64,000 bases of DNA from Methanomethylovorans hollandica DSM 15978 (GTDB lineage Archaea; Halobacteriota; Methanosarcinia; Methanosarcinales; Methanosarcinaceae). The notes beneath the pieces are model-generated. The model ran no database searches, was not told where the DNA came from, and was given only the letters and a program-made list of their open reading frames with translations. The translations under genes and the position numbers were made by a program. The stretch is from positions 558,001-622,000 of the forward strand of contig NC_019977.1 in assembly GCF_000328665.1 (NCBI RefSeq), read 5' to 3'. This document shows, piece after piece, positions 29,271 to 39,788 of the stretch (the stretch's first letter is position 1; each line of letters begins with the position of its first letter).

Positions 29271-30146
29271 TTAATATCTCAGCAGTATGTACCTGTTATC
29301 AAAATATGCGCCGGGAGTTATGAAATCGAATACTACGAGTGAACCTGCTTCCGGACGGACCTGGAATGAAACTTCTGTCCTTGGTTCCAATCCTTCATAA
29401 AAGTCATCTTCTGCAGAGAACACACGTCGGATATCCACCACAACTTCCATTATGTCTCCAGTCCTCAGTACTGGCTGGCTGGCTTTGAAGATCGTATTAT
29501 CGCGAATCCGTATCGGGCTTACAGAGAAGTATTCTTCGGTCGGCAGATGGACATCTGTCCTCATATCAGATATATTGTATCTGACATTTGCCACATGTGA
29601 ACCATCTGACAGGTAGATTATCAATTGTGAGAGATCAACATCTTCACTACCTGGCCCAAGAGAAAGTGATATGTGTAGCTTGGATATTTGCCCGTAATCT
29701 AGACTATTGCCTACTATAATTGTACCGCTGGTGCTTGATGAGGCTCCGAAGATGGTGAAATTGTATGTACCAGGCTCTTTGAATCTTTCTTCATAATACG
29801 AGTACTCAGCTACAGTTTCATTTGATCCATCTGTAGATATCTCAAAAGATCCACTTTCAGAGACCCATTCTATCATACCTCCTTTTGGGATAGTGACACT
29901 GGTGCTTGAGGGAATACCATCTGCAACAGTGATGGTTTTATAGGTTGCGCGTTCACCTTCCACTCGGTCTACACGTAAATTGGATGCTACTTCCTTTGTA
30001 GTTTCCTGACCGGTCTGAGAAGCTTTCTGCTGTAGTACACCTGAAGTCTTAATAAGCAGTGCAGAAGCTACCGCAGCTACAAGGACCATTGATATGAATA
30101 TAATAAGTGTGCCAATACCCATCTGTGCACTTTCATCTTTGTGCAT
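29271..30146 (-). CDS. archaellin (FlaB/ArlB family) with an internal ~75-aa insertion
   Basis: [43 protein letters not shown]...EVAS is the archaellin N-terminus; GSEDVDLSQ and PEAG...ITP match the C-terminal archaellin pattern. Confidence 0.85.
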   Translation of the reverse strand: MHKDESAQMGIGTLIIFISMVLVAAVASALLIKTSGVLQQKASQTGQETTKEVASNLRVDRVEGERATYKTITVADGIPSSTSVTIPKGGMIEWVSESGSFEISTDGSNETVAEYSYYEERFKEPGTYNFTIFGASSSTSGTIIVGNSLDYGQISKLHISLSLGPGSEDVDLSQLIIYLSDGSHVANVRYNISDMRTDVHLPTEEYFSVSPIRIRDNTIFKASQPVLRTGDIMEVVVDIRRVFSAEDDFYEGLEPRTEVSFQVRPEAGSLVVFDFITPGAYFDNRYILLRY

Positions 30147-30229
30147 TGAATGCTTTCTATTTGCTTTCGTGCGCTTTCCCTCAATTAAGTTCTAAATTCA
30201 CAAAGTTGGTAAACAGTGGATATCTCTCC

Positions 30230-30268
<39 letters not shown>

Positions 30269-30386
30269 CTATTTATTGTACATTAACACTATTATTATAT
30301 ACTTTTATTTTCTTCCATCTATATCATATATGGCGTACACTATTTAAATTAATCTATTAATATAAATCACAAAAAACGATCAAAAA

Positions 30387-31040
30387 CTACTCTTCTATAA
30401 GTATAGCGCGTGCTGGTGCACCATCACAACCTGTGATCTTCAGAGGAAGACAAATAAAAGTGTACATTCCTTCTTCCACCAGTTCAAGGTCAAGGCATTC
30501 TATAATATTTATTTTCCGGGAAAGCAATGATCTGTGAAGTGGAAGAGACTTTCCATTTTCTATGGAGAAAGCGTCAATACCTAATACTTTTAGTCCTTTA
30601 TCCCGAGCCCAGAAAGCTATATTCTCTTCAAGACAAAAATTCTCTGCTGCTTCAACTAAACAGGGGATACCTGTTTTTAATAATAGTACTTCTATTCCTT
30701 CTCCCGGTTTGATCGCCTTCCATGCCACATCCAGTTCTTCGGCACTAATAAAGCCGCCGCTATGCTTCATATCCAGCAAGACCGCGCGTCCCATTAAACT
30801 TTCAGGGAGCAGCATATCCGCCGAAGTTCCACCCTCAAGAACGTGGGAAGGCGCATCCACATGAGTACCAGTGTGGCTTCCCATAAATATAGTTGAAAGT
30901 GCAAAACCGTCTTTCTCAATAGAGCAAACCTGTTCTATAACAGGCTCAGGGTCCCCGGGGTATACGGGCATACCCTGCTTTATAGCTCGAGTTATGTCTA
31001 TGATCCTTTTCCCTTTAAATATCATTTTGATATTTCTCAT
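30387..31040 (-). CDS. cyclase family (kynurenine formamidase-like) metal hydrolase
   Basis: PVYPGDP, HTGTHVDAPSH, GID, PLKI.G.DGAPARA. Confidence 0.9.
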   Translation of the reverse strand: MRNIKMIFKGKRIIDITRAIKQGMPVYPGDPEPVIEQVCSIEKDGFALSTIFMGSHTGTHVDAPSHVLEGGTSADMLLPESLMGRAVLLDMKHSGGFISAEELDVAWKAIKPGEGIEVLLLKTGIPCLVEAAENFCLEENIAFWARDKGLKVLGIDAFSIENGKSLPLHRSLLSRKINIIECLDLELVEEGMYTFICLPLKITGCDGAPARAILIEE

Positions 31041-31674
31041 CCACTATCTTCTGGGAATTCTTGAGAACTCTTTCTGCCTGCTCAAGAGTGAGCCCCGCTC
31101 CCATTGCGATCTTTAGAGCCGTATCTCTGGTTATAAGATTTCCGGGGCTATGTGTATCCGTATCTACTACGCACTTTGCACCTGCTTCAAAAGCTATCCG
31201 GGCTACATGACCATTTGTCCGATTATGGCCATTCCTTGCGGTTATTTCAAGGTGGACATTGTTGTCGGCTGCTTTTTCAGCTTCTTCAATGGTTATAAAT
31301 CCGGGATGTGCAAGGATATCTACATCTGATAGCTCAACAGAAACATTGTTTGTTCCCGGGGCAACAGGCTCTACTGTTGTTTCACCGTGCACTACTACTA
31401 TTTCCGCTCCCAGCTCCTTTGCCAGGCGTGCCATCTTTCCGATCTTGGTGGGTGGAACATGTGTTATCTCTACCCCTGTAAGCACTTTAATATCCATTAC
31501 CTCTTCAAGGTACTTTGCCTTGCTCACATTTTTCAGGATATGTTCCACATTGGTAAAGTCGGCATGGTCGGTTATTGCGATAGCTCTGTAACCATGTATC
31601 ACTGCCCTTCTCACAAGCTCACTTGGAATAAGCTCACCATCACTGAATAAGGAATGTGTATGCAAGTCAATCAT
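31015..31674 (-). CDS. PHP-family (histidinol-phosphatase-like) protein
   Basis: MIDLHTHSLFSDG, AITDH, GVEITHVPP, VHGET, LAHPG, DTH. Confidence 0.9.
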   Translation of the reverse strand: MIDLHTHSLFSDGELIPSELVRRAVIHGYRAIAITDHADFTNVEHILKNVSKAKYLEEVMDIKVLTGVEITHVPPTKIGKMARLAKELGAEIVVVHGETTVEPVAPGTNNVSVELSDVDILAHPGFITIEEAEKAADNNVHLEITARNGHNRTNGHVARIAFEAGAKCVVDTDTHSPGNLITRDTALKIAMGAGLTLEQAERVLKNSQKIVDEKYQNDI

Positions 31675-31804
31675 GATTTCACCATTTGCTCCTGCATTAA
31701 ATATGGATGGCATATGAAATAAAGATTTATATCATCAAGACTGATATGCAGCTTGCTAAACAATAAATAACAGCATTTCTATCTTTAGTTCATTTGAAGG
31801 AAGG

Positions 31805-32104
31805 ATGAAACAATTGCCTGGAATCAGAAGAATGGTCCTGGATGTTCTAAAACCACATTACCCCTCGATCGTAGAGTTTTCGAAAAAATTAAGTGTTCTG
31901 CCGGGTGTCTCCGGTGTAAATCTGAGTTTGTATGAAGTTGACCAACAGACAGAAACTATAAAAATTACAATAGAAGGTGATGATCTGGACTATGAAGAGA
32001 TCAAACAGTCTATTGATAATCTGGGAGCAGTGATACACAGTATTGATGAGATAGTGGCAGGCCACAAGCTTGTGGAAGAAGTAGAGACCCTGCAGGAACG
32101 TTAA
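31805..32104 (+). CDS. DUF211 family protein
   Basis: [24 protein letters not shown]. Confidence 0.85.
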   Translation: MKQLPGIRRMVLDVLKPHYPSIVEFSKKLSVLPGVSGVNLSLYEVDQQTETIKITIEGDDLDYEEIKQSIDNLGAVIHSIDEIVAGHKLVEEVETLQER

Positions 32105-32155
32105 TATCTCACTTAACTGTCTGAAGGCTATGGCTTGCAAGTTATGAGGGGATCT

Positions 32156-32926
32156 TCAGTATCTTGCAATAACGTCAGCAAAAGCGAAATTAGGTTTCAC
32201 GTCCTTTACCTTAACTCTGACTTTATCCCCTTCACTTGCACCTTTTACAAAAACGACAAATTCCTGGATATGGAACACTCCATCACCTGTTGATCCTTTA
32301 CCTGTGATCTCCACGTCCAGTTCTTCACCTTTCTTTACAGGTACATTAAGAAATTTCTTAGCTATTATATATATCTCTGCACTCTGAGATCGGGATGCTA
32401 CAGGAGAAAATGACTTTGTGTGAACAAAATCAGTTCTTGCTTCTTCAAGGAAACCTTTGAACATGTCTCCCTGAAAGACCTTGACCACAAAATGACCACC
32501 TGGCTTCAGAATCTTTATCGCACATCCCAGTGCAGATCTGGAAAGATCAATGGACCGTGCATGGTCATAGCTCCAGTTGCCTGAAAGGTTAGGAGCAGCA
32601 TCGCAAATAACAACATCCACTCCTCCCTCACCTACGAGCTCAAAGATCTTTTTTATAGTAGCATCTGAAGTAATATCTCCTTTTATGGTCTCAACACCCT
32701 CTATCGGTGAAATGCGCTGCAGATCAACACCTATTACCCTTCCACCCGAGAGTTTTTTTGCTACTTCAGACCATCCCCCCGGAGCTGCACCCAGGTCCAC
32801 AACAGTATCCCCTTCTTTGATCACACTGAACTTCTCATTTATCTGCAGTAGTTTGAATGCAGCTCTGGACCTATAGCCTTCTTCTTTAGCACGCCAGTAA
32901 TAGGTATCTCTTCTATCCCTTGCCAT
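32156..32926 (-). CDS. rlmE: 23S rRNA Um2552 methyltransferase with C-terminal TRAM domain
   Basis: GYRSRAAFKL, DLGAAPGGW, KVFQG, SRSQSAEIY; TRAM-like C-terminus. Confidence 0.95.
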   Translation of the reverse strand: MARDRRDTYYWRAKEEGYRSRAAFKLLQINEKFSVIKEGDTVVDLGAAPGGWSEVAKKLSGGRVIGVDLQRISPIEGVETIKGDITSDATIKKIFELVGEGGVDVVICDAAPNLSGNWSYDHARSIDLSRSALGCAIKILKPGGHFVVKVFQGDMFKGFLEEARTDFVHTKSFSPVASRSQSAEIYIIAKKFLNVPVKKGEELDVEITGKGSTGDGVFHIQEFVVFVKGASEGDKVRVKVKDVKPNFAFADVIARY

Positions 32927-32942
32927 TAGACCCTGCCTTGTG

Positions 32943-33491
32943 TTAGTTTGATCGTTTTAAACGTTCTATCTTTTTACTTATGTCCATGAGGTTAGCAGCC
33001 ACTGAGCCAAATTTTCCAGGTAGCCATGAATCATAGTCATAATAAAGATTAAGCAGATCACTATACTTTGATTCCAGCTTTTTTATTTCTTTTCTGTCAA
33101 CTTCAATATCCTCTATTTTTATATCAAGCCTGCGTATTTTTTGCTGAAAACTGTTCAATAATTTAATTGAAATAGTATCCATATCTACTTTTCTCACAGG
33201 TAATTTCAGAATATCGATCACCTGGCTAAGTTCAGGTGGTATTTCTGGGAATGAGTTTGGTCCTGTTATGAAGTATGCATCACCATTATCTCCTGCTTCG
33301 GACACATCTTCTGCAGAAACAGATTCAAGAAGATGCTCTTTTACGGCTTTGATACAAAGTTCATCCAGTGATCCGGTATCGTGATCAGAATCCCTTAATT
33401 CGGATATCTCTTTTTCCACAGCACATATTTCCTCAAAGGTAATCGCCCCCAGAACGTATATTATACCTGTAAGTTCAGCAGCGGATATCAT
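32943..33491 (-). CDS. hypothetical protein
   Basis: 182-aa ORF with plausible composition, co-oriented with rlmE. Confidence 0.65.
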   Translation of the reverse strand: MISAAELTGIIYVLGAITFEEICAVEKEISELRDSDHDTGSLDELCIKAVKEHLLESVSAEDVSEAGDNGDAYFITGPNSFPEIPPELSQVIDILKLPVRKVDMDTISIKLLNSFQQKIRRLDIKIEDIEVDRKEIKKLESKYSDLLNLYYDYDSWLPGKFGSVAANLMDISKKIERLKRSN

Positions 33492-33611
33492 AAGATCATA
33501 CCTTTAAAGGAAGATATACATAACTAAGAAGGAGGTAATAAAGTTACCTACAACCTGTATCTTTGATTGTTACAATTGCATGTTATTTAATTGCAGACTG
33601 TGCTAAGAGCA

Positions 33612-33640
33612 GAAAAAAGACTGCAAGTGTGCGCAGTCTT
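33612..33640 (-). terminator. leuS terminator
   Basis: AAGACTGC...GCAGTCTT hairpin with a T tract on the minus strand. Confidence 0.55.
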
Positions 33641-33646
33641 AAAACT

Positions 33647-36535
33647 TCATTCCAGGTAGATAGCCGGTCTCATGGGGACAGCGAACCTTGACTTTTTCTC
33701 AGGGTCGTAACAAGTTTCATCTGCACTGTAAACCTCTACTGTACAATTAAATTCCTTCTCAAAGAAGTGCTGGTTCTCTCTGAGTATTGCAAGTTCGTCC
33801 AGTTCGTAACCATCAAACATCTCCAAACTTTCCACTTTCATGCTGCAGATATCAGGAACTATCTTCTGTACGAACTTAGGTATCTCTTTTCCGTGAGCTC
33901 TGTTAGCAGGTTCTGCCATCAAAGACTTGATCAGAACACCAGGGTTAAGCGTACCTTCGCTTTGCATCTTAAGAGCCATCTGGAAAGTTTTTGTCTTCCA
34001 TGCTGCAGATGTATACAACACTATCTTCTGAGGCGTCATCTTTGTGACCTTCAGTATCTCTTCAATATCTTCCAGTGTGTTGTCCACAAGCTTTTCTGCA
34101 AGTTCTGCATTGTTGTCCAGCAGTTTTGGGTCAAATATTGGATAATGGGCAAGGGATACAATGTCATTCTCCCCATGTCCCAGTGCCTGCCAGATCTCCT
34201 CGCATACATGTGGCGTGAACGGTGCCATTAAACGCACCCAGGTATCCAGCATATCATAGAGCAGGGTGCTTCCACCTCTTTTTTGATACCATTTGATGTC
34301 ATTAAGCAGCAGGAAAAATGCATTTTGCAGGGCACTGCGGGTTCTCAGGGATCTCATATCATTGTTAGTTTCCCTTATCCGGTGTTGCAGACGGCTAAGC
34401 ATCCACCTGTCAATGAGCTTCAGTTCCCCACACATGCCACATACTGCACCGGATTCAATGATCTCTCTGGCAAAGGAGTAGAACCTTTCTACCTGTTTCT
34501 TAGCAGCTTCGACTCCACTGTTCCTCCAGTCTGCATCCTGTGTCTGTTCGGCACTGGAAAGAATGTACATCCGGCTGATATCAGCGCCATATTCATCCAC
34601 TGCGTTCCTCAGAGTGAGCAACGGACCTTTGGATTTGCTCATCTTTTGACCCTCAAGAGAAACAAAACCATTGACAGCAAGAGCACGAGGCCACTTTTCC
34701 TCCTCAAATATAGCTACATGATGGAAAAGGAAAAACAGTAAGTGATTTGGTACAAGGTCTTTACCTGAAGATCTGAGGTCCACAGGATACCAGTAATCTA
34801 TATCTTCTTTCATCTGTGCTATGAGTTGCTCTTCAAGGCCTGTAGCTGCTGCTGCCTGCTGCAAGCTGCCCTTACCCAGTAGCACATAATCGAAAAGTTG
34901 AGGGGTGAGGTGTTCCGGTCCAATGCCACGGGCAAAGAACTTGTTTGTGATGTAGTATGTCATGTAGATCGTGGAATCACCAAGCGATTCAATGAGCCAT
35001 TGATCATCAAAAGGCAGATGAGTGCCAAGCCCTTTTTTCCTTGCGCAAGCCTTGTCCTTAAGCCAATCGACCTTGTTATTGAACTCCACTCTGTATTCTT
35101 CAGGAATGATCTCCATCTTCTCAATACATCCGTAGACCTTTTCTTTCCATTGCGGGTTCGAATAGTTGAGGAACCACTGGCCTTCTACCATGTTGACCAC
35201 ACAGGGCGTTCCACAGCGGCACACTACGGGCTCGCTGAACTCATAGAATATTTCCCCTATACCCTGATCTATAAGATCCTGGGTGAGCACATCCTTGATC
35301 TTGGAAACTGCTATACCGGCATACTTTCCAGTGTTCTCTTTGAGCACACCCCCATGGTATTCTCTTCTGTAAACGATCTTTGTTGCCTCTTCAGCTTTTG
35401 GATCATTCTGGTCTTTCACTCCAAGTTGTTGTACGGCTTCTACAGCAGGGTATTCTCCGAACTCCTTTACTTCTATAAGGGAGATCAACTTTATATTGCT
35501 CAGATCTTCTTTGATCCCGTACTGCGAAAGGTCCCTCTCGTACAGATCCTTCAATGCCAGATAGTCGTAAGGTGCGTGGGCAGGCACGCTCATTACTATC
35601 CCGCTGCCATTATCCCCCCTTACGAAAGAGGCTGGCAATGTAATGACATCATTGCCTGTGAGCGGGTTCTTCACCTTTATACCTATCAGAGATGTGGATG
35701 GCACATCATCTACGAATTCTACTTTCCTGTCAGTGAAAGTCAGCTTCCTGTAAGCTTCTTTGCTTACCACCCAGAACTCTGTTTTTTCATCCTTTTCCAC
35801 TTTAATTTTAACATGTTCTATATCCGGATTGATCCAGAGGTTCGTAACACCAAAAATAGTTTCAGGGCGCAGTGTGGCGCAAGGCAGTACCAAACCGTCA
35901 TACTGGAATTTGACAAAAGTATAATCAATAATATTCGCTTCTTCTCCGTACAGAATATCATGATCCTCAACAGGATTATTGTCGTGAGGGCACCATTTAA
36001 CTGGATGTGATCCCTTGACAATGAGACCTTTTTCGTGCAACAGGTTGAACTGCCATTCTATGAACTTCTTATAAGTTTCGTCCGTGGTGGTGAACTTACG
36101 TCTCCAGTCAATAGAATAACCAATAGAGCGCATGGCCTTTTCCGCTTCTTTGCTGAAATACTCCACGATCTTCTCAGGGGTGACCAGCGTTTCCAGAATA
36201 TCTGCAGGTATGCCATGCAGCTGTGAATATACTTTCATGGTCTGGGGATCGTGATTAGCTATCAGCTCGGCAAGACCTACTATAGGTGTTCCAGTGACAT
36301 GGAAACCCATGGGGAAAAGCACATTATATCCCTGCATCCGTTTATATCGTGCTATAACGTCTCCTATGGTGAAGGTACGGGTGTGTCCCGCGTGTAAATT
36401 ACCGTTGAGATAGGGGTATGGTATTGTTATGAAGAACTTTTCTCTCTCATCGGGCTCAGGCTGGAAGACCTTTGTATCATCCCATGTCTTCTGCCACCTT
36501 CTTTCTATCTCGCACGGTATGTAATCCTGTTCCAT
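33647..36535 (-). CDS. leuS: leucine-tRNA ligase (archaeal type)
   Basis: PYPYLNGNLHAGH, TLRPET, SVPAHAPYD, GKDLVPNHL, KMSKS. Confidence 0.97.
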   Translation of the reverse strand: MEQDYIPCEIERRWQKTWDDTKVFQPEPDEREKFFITIPYPYLNGNLHAGHTRTFTIGDVIARYKRMQGYNVLFPMGFHVTGTPIVGLAELIANHDPQTMKVYSQLHGIPADILETLVTPEKIVEYFSKEAEKAMRSIGYSIDWRRKFTTTDETYKKFIEWQFNLLHEKGLIVKGSHPVKWCPHDNNPVEDHDILYGEEANIIDYTFVKFQYDGLVLPCATLRPETIFGVTNLWINPDIEHVKIKVEKDEKTEFWVVSKEAYRKLTFTDRKVEFVDDVPSTSLIGIKVKNPLTGNDVITLPASFVRGDNGSGIVMSVPAHAPYDYLALKDLYERDLSQYGIKEDLSNIKLISLIEVKEFGEYPAVEAVQQLGVKDQNDPKAEEATKIVYRREYHGGVLKENTGKYAGIAVSKIKDVLTQDLIDQGIGEIFYEFSEPVVCRCGTPCVVNMVEGQWFLNYSNPQWKEKVYGCIEKMEIIPEEYRVEFNNKVDWLKDKACARKKGLGTHLPFDDQWLIESLGDSTIYMTYYITNKFFARGIGPEHLTPQLFDYVLLGKGSLQQAAAATGLEEQLIAQMKEDIDYWYPVDLRSSGKDLVPNHLLFFLFHHVAIFEEEKWPRALAVNGFVSLEGQKMSKSKGPLLTLRNAVDEYGADISRMYILSSAEQTQDADWRNSGVEAAKKQVERFYSFAREIIESGAVCGMCGELKLIDRWMLSRLQHRIRETNNDMRSLRTRSALQNAFFLLLNDIKWYQKRGGSTLLYDMLDTWVRLMAPFTPHVCEEIWQALGHGENDIVSLAHYPIFDPKLLDNNAELAEKLVDNTLEDIEEILKVTKMTPQKIVLYTSAAWKTKTFQMALKMQSEGTLNPGVLIKSLMAEPANRAHGKEIPKFVQKIVPDICSMKVESLEMFDGYELDELAILRENQHFFEKEFNCTVEVYSADETCYDPEKKSRFAVPMRPAIYLE

Positions 36536-36758
36536 GGTTACGCCTTTCCGGTATACCTGTTATTTTTACATTCTTTAAGTGATCCCTTCTGAGACCACTG
36601 ATGCCTTATTTATATGTTGGTTAACACCTAAATAACTTTCATCCACATAAAGTCTACTCTTTTAAGTGATCTTTTCAGGGGGCAGATACCTCGGTAATTC
36701 TTTATGAGCAATCAAATCATACCGTTATGCTTATTCTTAAAGAATTGAATTTAGTTCC

Positions 36759-37268
36759 ATGCACGTTGAGTTCATAGGTGGCCGCATATTCATAGAAGAT
36801 CTTAAGCCATTTCTTAGGACAATCGCAGACATATCAAAGACAAATAATTGTACGATCCAGGCTCTCAATGCGGATAAGGTAGCTGGTGAAAAACACTTGC
36901 AGTTCGCTGTGGTAAAAGCTTGCAGGGCATTTGTGCAGGAAAGAAATGCTGCAAAGGATATAGGTATCGAGATCATGCGTTATGCTTCAGGAAAACGCCA
37001 GATAGAAGAGGCGTTTTCTATGGGGGTCCGTCAAGGTCAGAACAATATTGTTTTTATAGTCAGAGGTGAGGCATGTTCCGTTTCTTCATGCATGGATATA
37101 CTAAAACAGATGCTTGTGTCTGCTGATGTCATTAAGTATCTGCCTTCCAAGAGGGATGAAATAATCATACAGTTCGGCATCACTGCAGATGAGATCACAG
37201 TTGTGGGTGAGCAGATGATCCAGGAACTTGTTATAGAGCGTGTAGCACTTGTGGATGTATTGAAGTGA
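36759..37268 (+). CDS. cgi121: KEOPS subunit Cgi121
   Basis: HL.FA...A, EIMRYASGKRQIEEA, LVIERVALVDV. Confidence 0.9.
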   Translation: MHVEFIGGRIFIEDLKPFLRTIADISKTNNCTIQALNADKVAGEKHLQFAVVKACRAFVQERNAAKDIGIEIMRYASGKRQIEEAFSMGVRQGQNNIVFIVRGEACSVSSCMDILKQMLVSADVIKYLPSKRDEIIIQFGITADEITVVGEQMIQELVIERVALVDVLK

Positions 37269-37370
37269 TATATACGAAATAATAATATATGACCGGTCAG
37301 TAAACTTGCCATTATCAATTAGTTAACTACATTAATACGATCACAGACTATTATAGGAGAGTTCAAATTC

Positions 37371-38462
37371 ATGTCACACAAGAAAACAGCAGAAGGAATG
37401 ATCAAATGCGCAGGACCTATAGAAACTGCCCTGTTGCCCAGACTTCTACAAGTTACGGAAGCAGCGGCTATAGCAGCATCCTATCAGATGGGCAGGGGAG
37501 ATAAGAATTATGCTGACCACGTTTCAGTGGAAGCCATGCGCCGGACTCTTAATTACCTCGACATGAAAGGGATCATAAAGATCGGCGAAGGGGAAAGGGA
37601 TGAAGCCCCGATGCTGTACATAGGCGAACATGTTGGGACCTGGGAAGGCCATCTTGAAGTGGACATTGCTGTGGATCCCCTTGAAGGTACCAATCTGGCA
37701 GCAAATGGTACTCCGGGTGCCATCTCCGTGATGGCAATGGCAGAAAGAGGTGGCCTTTTCCACGGACCTGACATCTACATGGACAAAATAGTGGTGGGTC
37801 CGGAAGTAGTTAAGTATGAAAGGAAGCATCCGGAAGAAAGTATAAACCTTGATGCACCAGTGGTCGATAATCTGGAAATTGTAGCGAAAGCACTCAACCG
37901 TAACATCGATGAACTGGTGGTCGTCATCCTTGAAAGGACAAGGCATGAAGCAAAAATAAAAGAGATCCGTGCGACCGGTGCCAGAGTAAATCTGATCACT
38001 GACGGCGATCTGATGCCAGGGGTTGCCACAGCCATACGTGGTTCAGGTGTTCACGTGGTAATGGGCGCCGGAGGTTCCGGTGAGGCTGTACTGACGGCTG
38101 CTGCCATGAAGATACTGGGTGGTAAGATCCTTGCGAGACTTGTCTTACCTACAGTCGCTAACGGTAAATCTGAAGAAGCAATAGCCACGGAGATGGCTGA
38201 AAAGATGCCAAGGCTTGAAAAGATGGGTATTACGGAAAAGAACATGCATGATGTCCTTGATACCGATCGGCTCGTTCCCGGTAATGATGTGATCTTCTCT
38301 GCAACAGGTGTGACCCCTGGTACTCTGCTTAAAGGTGTGAGCCTTTTTGGAGAAGGTGATGCACGAGTGAACAGTCTGACCATGGGGAGTTCGGGTGTGG
38401 TGAAATTTACAGATACCATCTACATAAATGACAAAGAGGCCACACCACTGCGTTTCGTTTGA
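37371..38462 (+). CDS. glpX: class II fructose-1,6-bisphosphatase
   Basis: VTEAAA, GEGERDEAPMLYIGE, AVDPLEGT, DGD, ATGVT. Confidence 0.95.
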   Translation: MSHKKTAEGMIKCAGPIETALLPRLLQVTEAAAIAASYQMGRGDKNYADHVSVEAMRRTLNYLDMKGIIKIGEGERDEAPMLYIGEHVGTWEGHLEVDIAVDPLEGTNLAANGTPGAISVMAMAERGGLFHGPDIYMDKIVVGPEVVKYERKHPEESINLDAPVVDNLEIVAKALNRNIDELVVVILERTRHEAKIKEIRATGARVNLITDGDLMPGVATAIRGSGVHVVMGAGGSGEAVLTAAAMKILGGKILARLVLPTVANGKSEEAIATEMAEKMPRLEKMGITEKNMHDVLDTDRLVPGNDVIFSATGVTPGTLLKGVSLFGEGDARVNSLTMGSSGVVKFTDTIYINDKEATPLRFV

Positions 38463-38464
38463 TA

Positions 38465-39766
38465 ATGAAAGTATACGTATCGACATTTGGCTGTTCAGCA
38501 AACCAGGCTTCTGCAGAGGTCATGATGGCGACCATCAGAAGCCTTGGGCATGAACTTGTATCTGAGAAGCATGCTGATGTGGTGGTCCTCAACACCTGTA
38601 CTGTCAAGTATTCCACTGAACAGAAGATCCTGCATAAGATCAGGGAACTGGGAGAAAAAGGAATCGAGGTGGTGGTAGCCGGATGTATGCCTGAAGTGCA
38701 GCTTGAGGACATCATCCGTAACAACCCCGATGCTCATATTTTGGGAGTAAACTCAATATCAAGGATAGGAGAGGTGCTAAATTCTATAGCTTCACCCAAC
38801 CTCTGTTCCCAAACTACTTCCCGGCAAGCTCTGCATGTGTTCTCTCATGAACCGGAAGGTTTTATTAATGTGCCTCGGTTGCGGTTCAACTCCAATATAC
38901 ACATCTGTCAGCTTTCACAGGGCTGTAATAACGCCTGTTCCTATTGCATTGTCAGGTTCGTCAGAGGTCCGCTCAGGTCTTTCCATCCGGATTCCATTGT
39001 GGAGGATATAAGGCAGGGAGTCGCTGAAGGCTGCAGGGAAATATGGCTCACTTCACAGGATAACGCACAATACGGTATAGATATAGGTCTCAGGCTTCCT
39101 CAGCTGCTTGAGAGGATATGTGATATACCAGGTGATTTCAAGGTCCGTGTGGGGATGATGAATCCTTTTTCTGTGCTTCCCATACTTGAAGAGTTGTTGC
39201 ATGCTTTTGAGAACGACAAGATATACAAGCTAGTTCATTTACCTGTACAATCAGCATCTAACGACGTGCTGAAAAGGATGAACAGGTTCCATTCTATAGA
39301 AGAGGCTGATCTTGTGATCAACAGTTTCAGGGACCGTTTTGATGATCTTACTCTTTTCACTGATATTATAGTGGGTTTTCCTGGAGAAAATGAAGCTGAT
39401 TTCGTGACAACCCTTGAATGGGTAAAAAAACAGAAACCTGAAAAGATCAACATTTCCAGGTACACTCCCCGCCCACATACAAAGGCCCTTGAATACAGGA
39501 ACATTGACTCTCGCATCGTTGTACAGCGTTCCAATGAACTGCACGCTGTATGTGAGGAGGTTAAGACCGGTGTCAGAGAAAATATGATGGGATGGCAAGG
39601 AAGGGTCTTTATTTCCAAAGAGGCAAAGGTCAAAGGCCTCATGGCCCGCACAGCATCCTATAAGCCTGTGGTTATTCCGGAATCATCTGCTGTTCCGGGG
39701 AGCTTTTGTGACGTTGAGATATTCGACGCAACTCCTGGATATTTTCTGGGAAGGGTAGTTATCTAA
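38465..39766 (+). CDS. radical SAM tRNA t6A37 methylthiotransferase (MiaB-like, archaeal MtaB type)
   Basis: TFGC..N, NTCTVK, AGC, GCNNACSYC, RVGMMNP, HLPVQS, DIIVGFPGE, TRAM. Confidence 0.9.
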   Translation: MKVYVSTFGCSANQASAEVMMATIRSLGHELVSEKHADVVVLNTCTVKYSTEQKILHKIRELGEKGIEVVVAGCMPEVQLEDIIRNNPDAHILGVNSISRIGEVLNSIASPNLCSQTTSRQALHVFSHEPEGFINVPRLRFNSNIHICQLSQGCNNACSYCIVRFVRGPLRSFHPDSIVEDIRQGVAEGCREIWLTSQDNAQYGIDIGLRLPQLLERICDIPGDFKVRVGMMNPFSVLPILEELLHAFENDKIYKLVHLPVQSASNDVLKRMNRFHSIEEADLVINSFRDRFDDLTLFTDIIVGFPGENEADFVTTLEWVKKQKPEKINISRYTPRPHTKALEYRNIDSRIVVQRSNELHAVCEEVKTGVRENMMGWQGRVFISKEAKVKGLMARTASYKPVVIPESSAVPGSFCDVEIFDATPGYFLGRVVI

Positions 39767-39788
39767 GATCTCATAAGTTATTCATGAC

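Noticed and set aside
34898..36010. 370-aa plus-strand ORF and other long antisense ORFs (7527-8276, 14363-15025, 41862-42662)
   Set aside because: They are shadows of well-supported genes on the opposite strand, with no recognisable motifs
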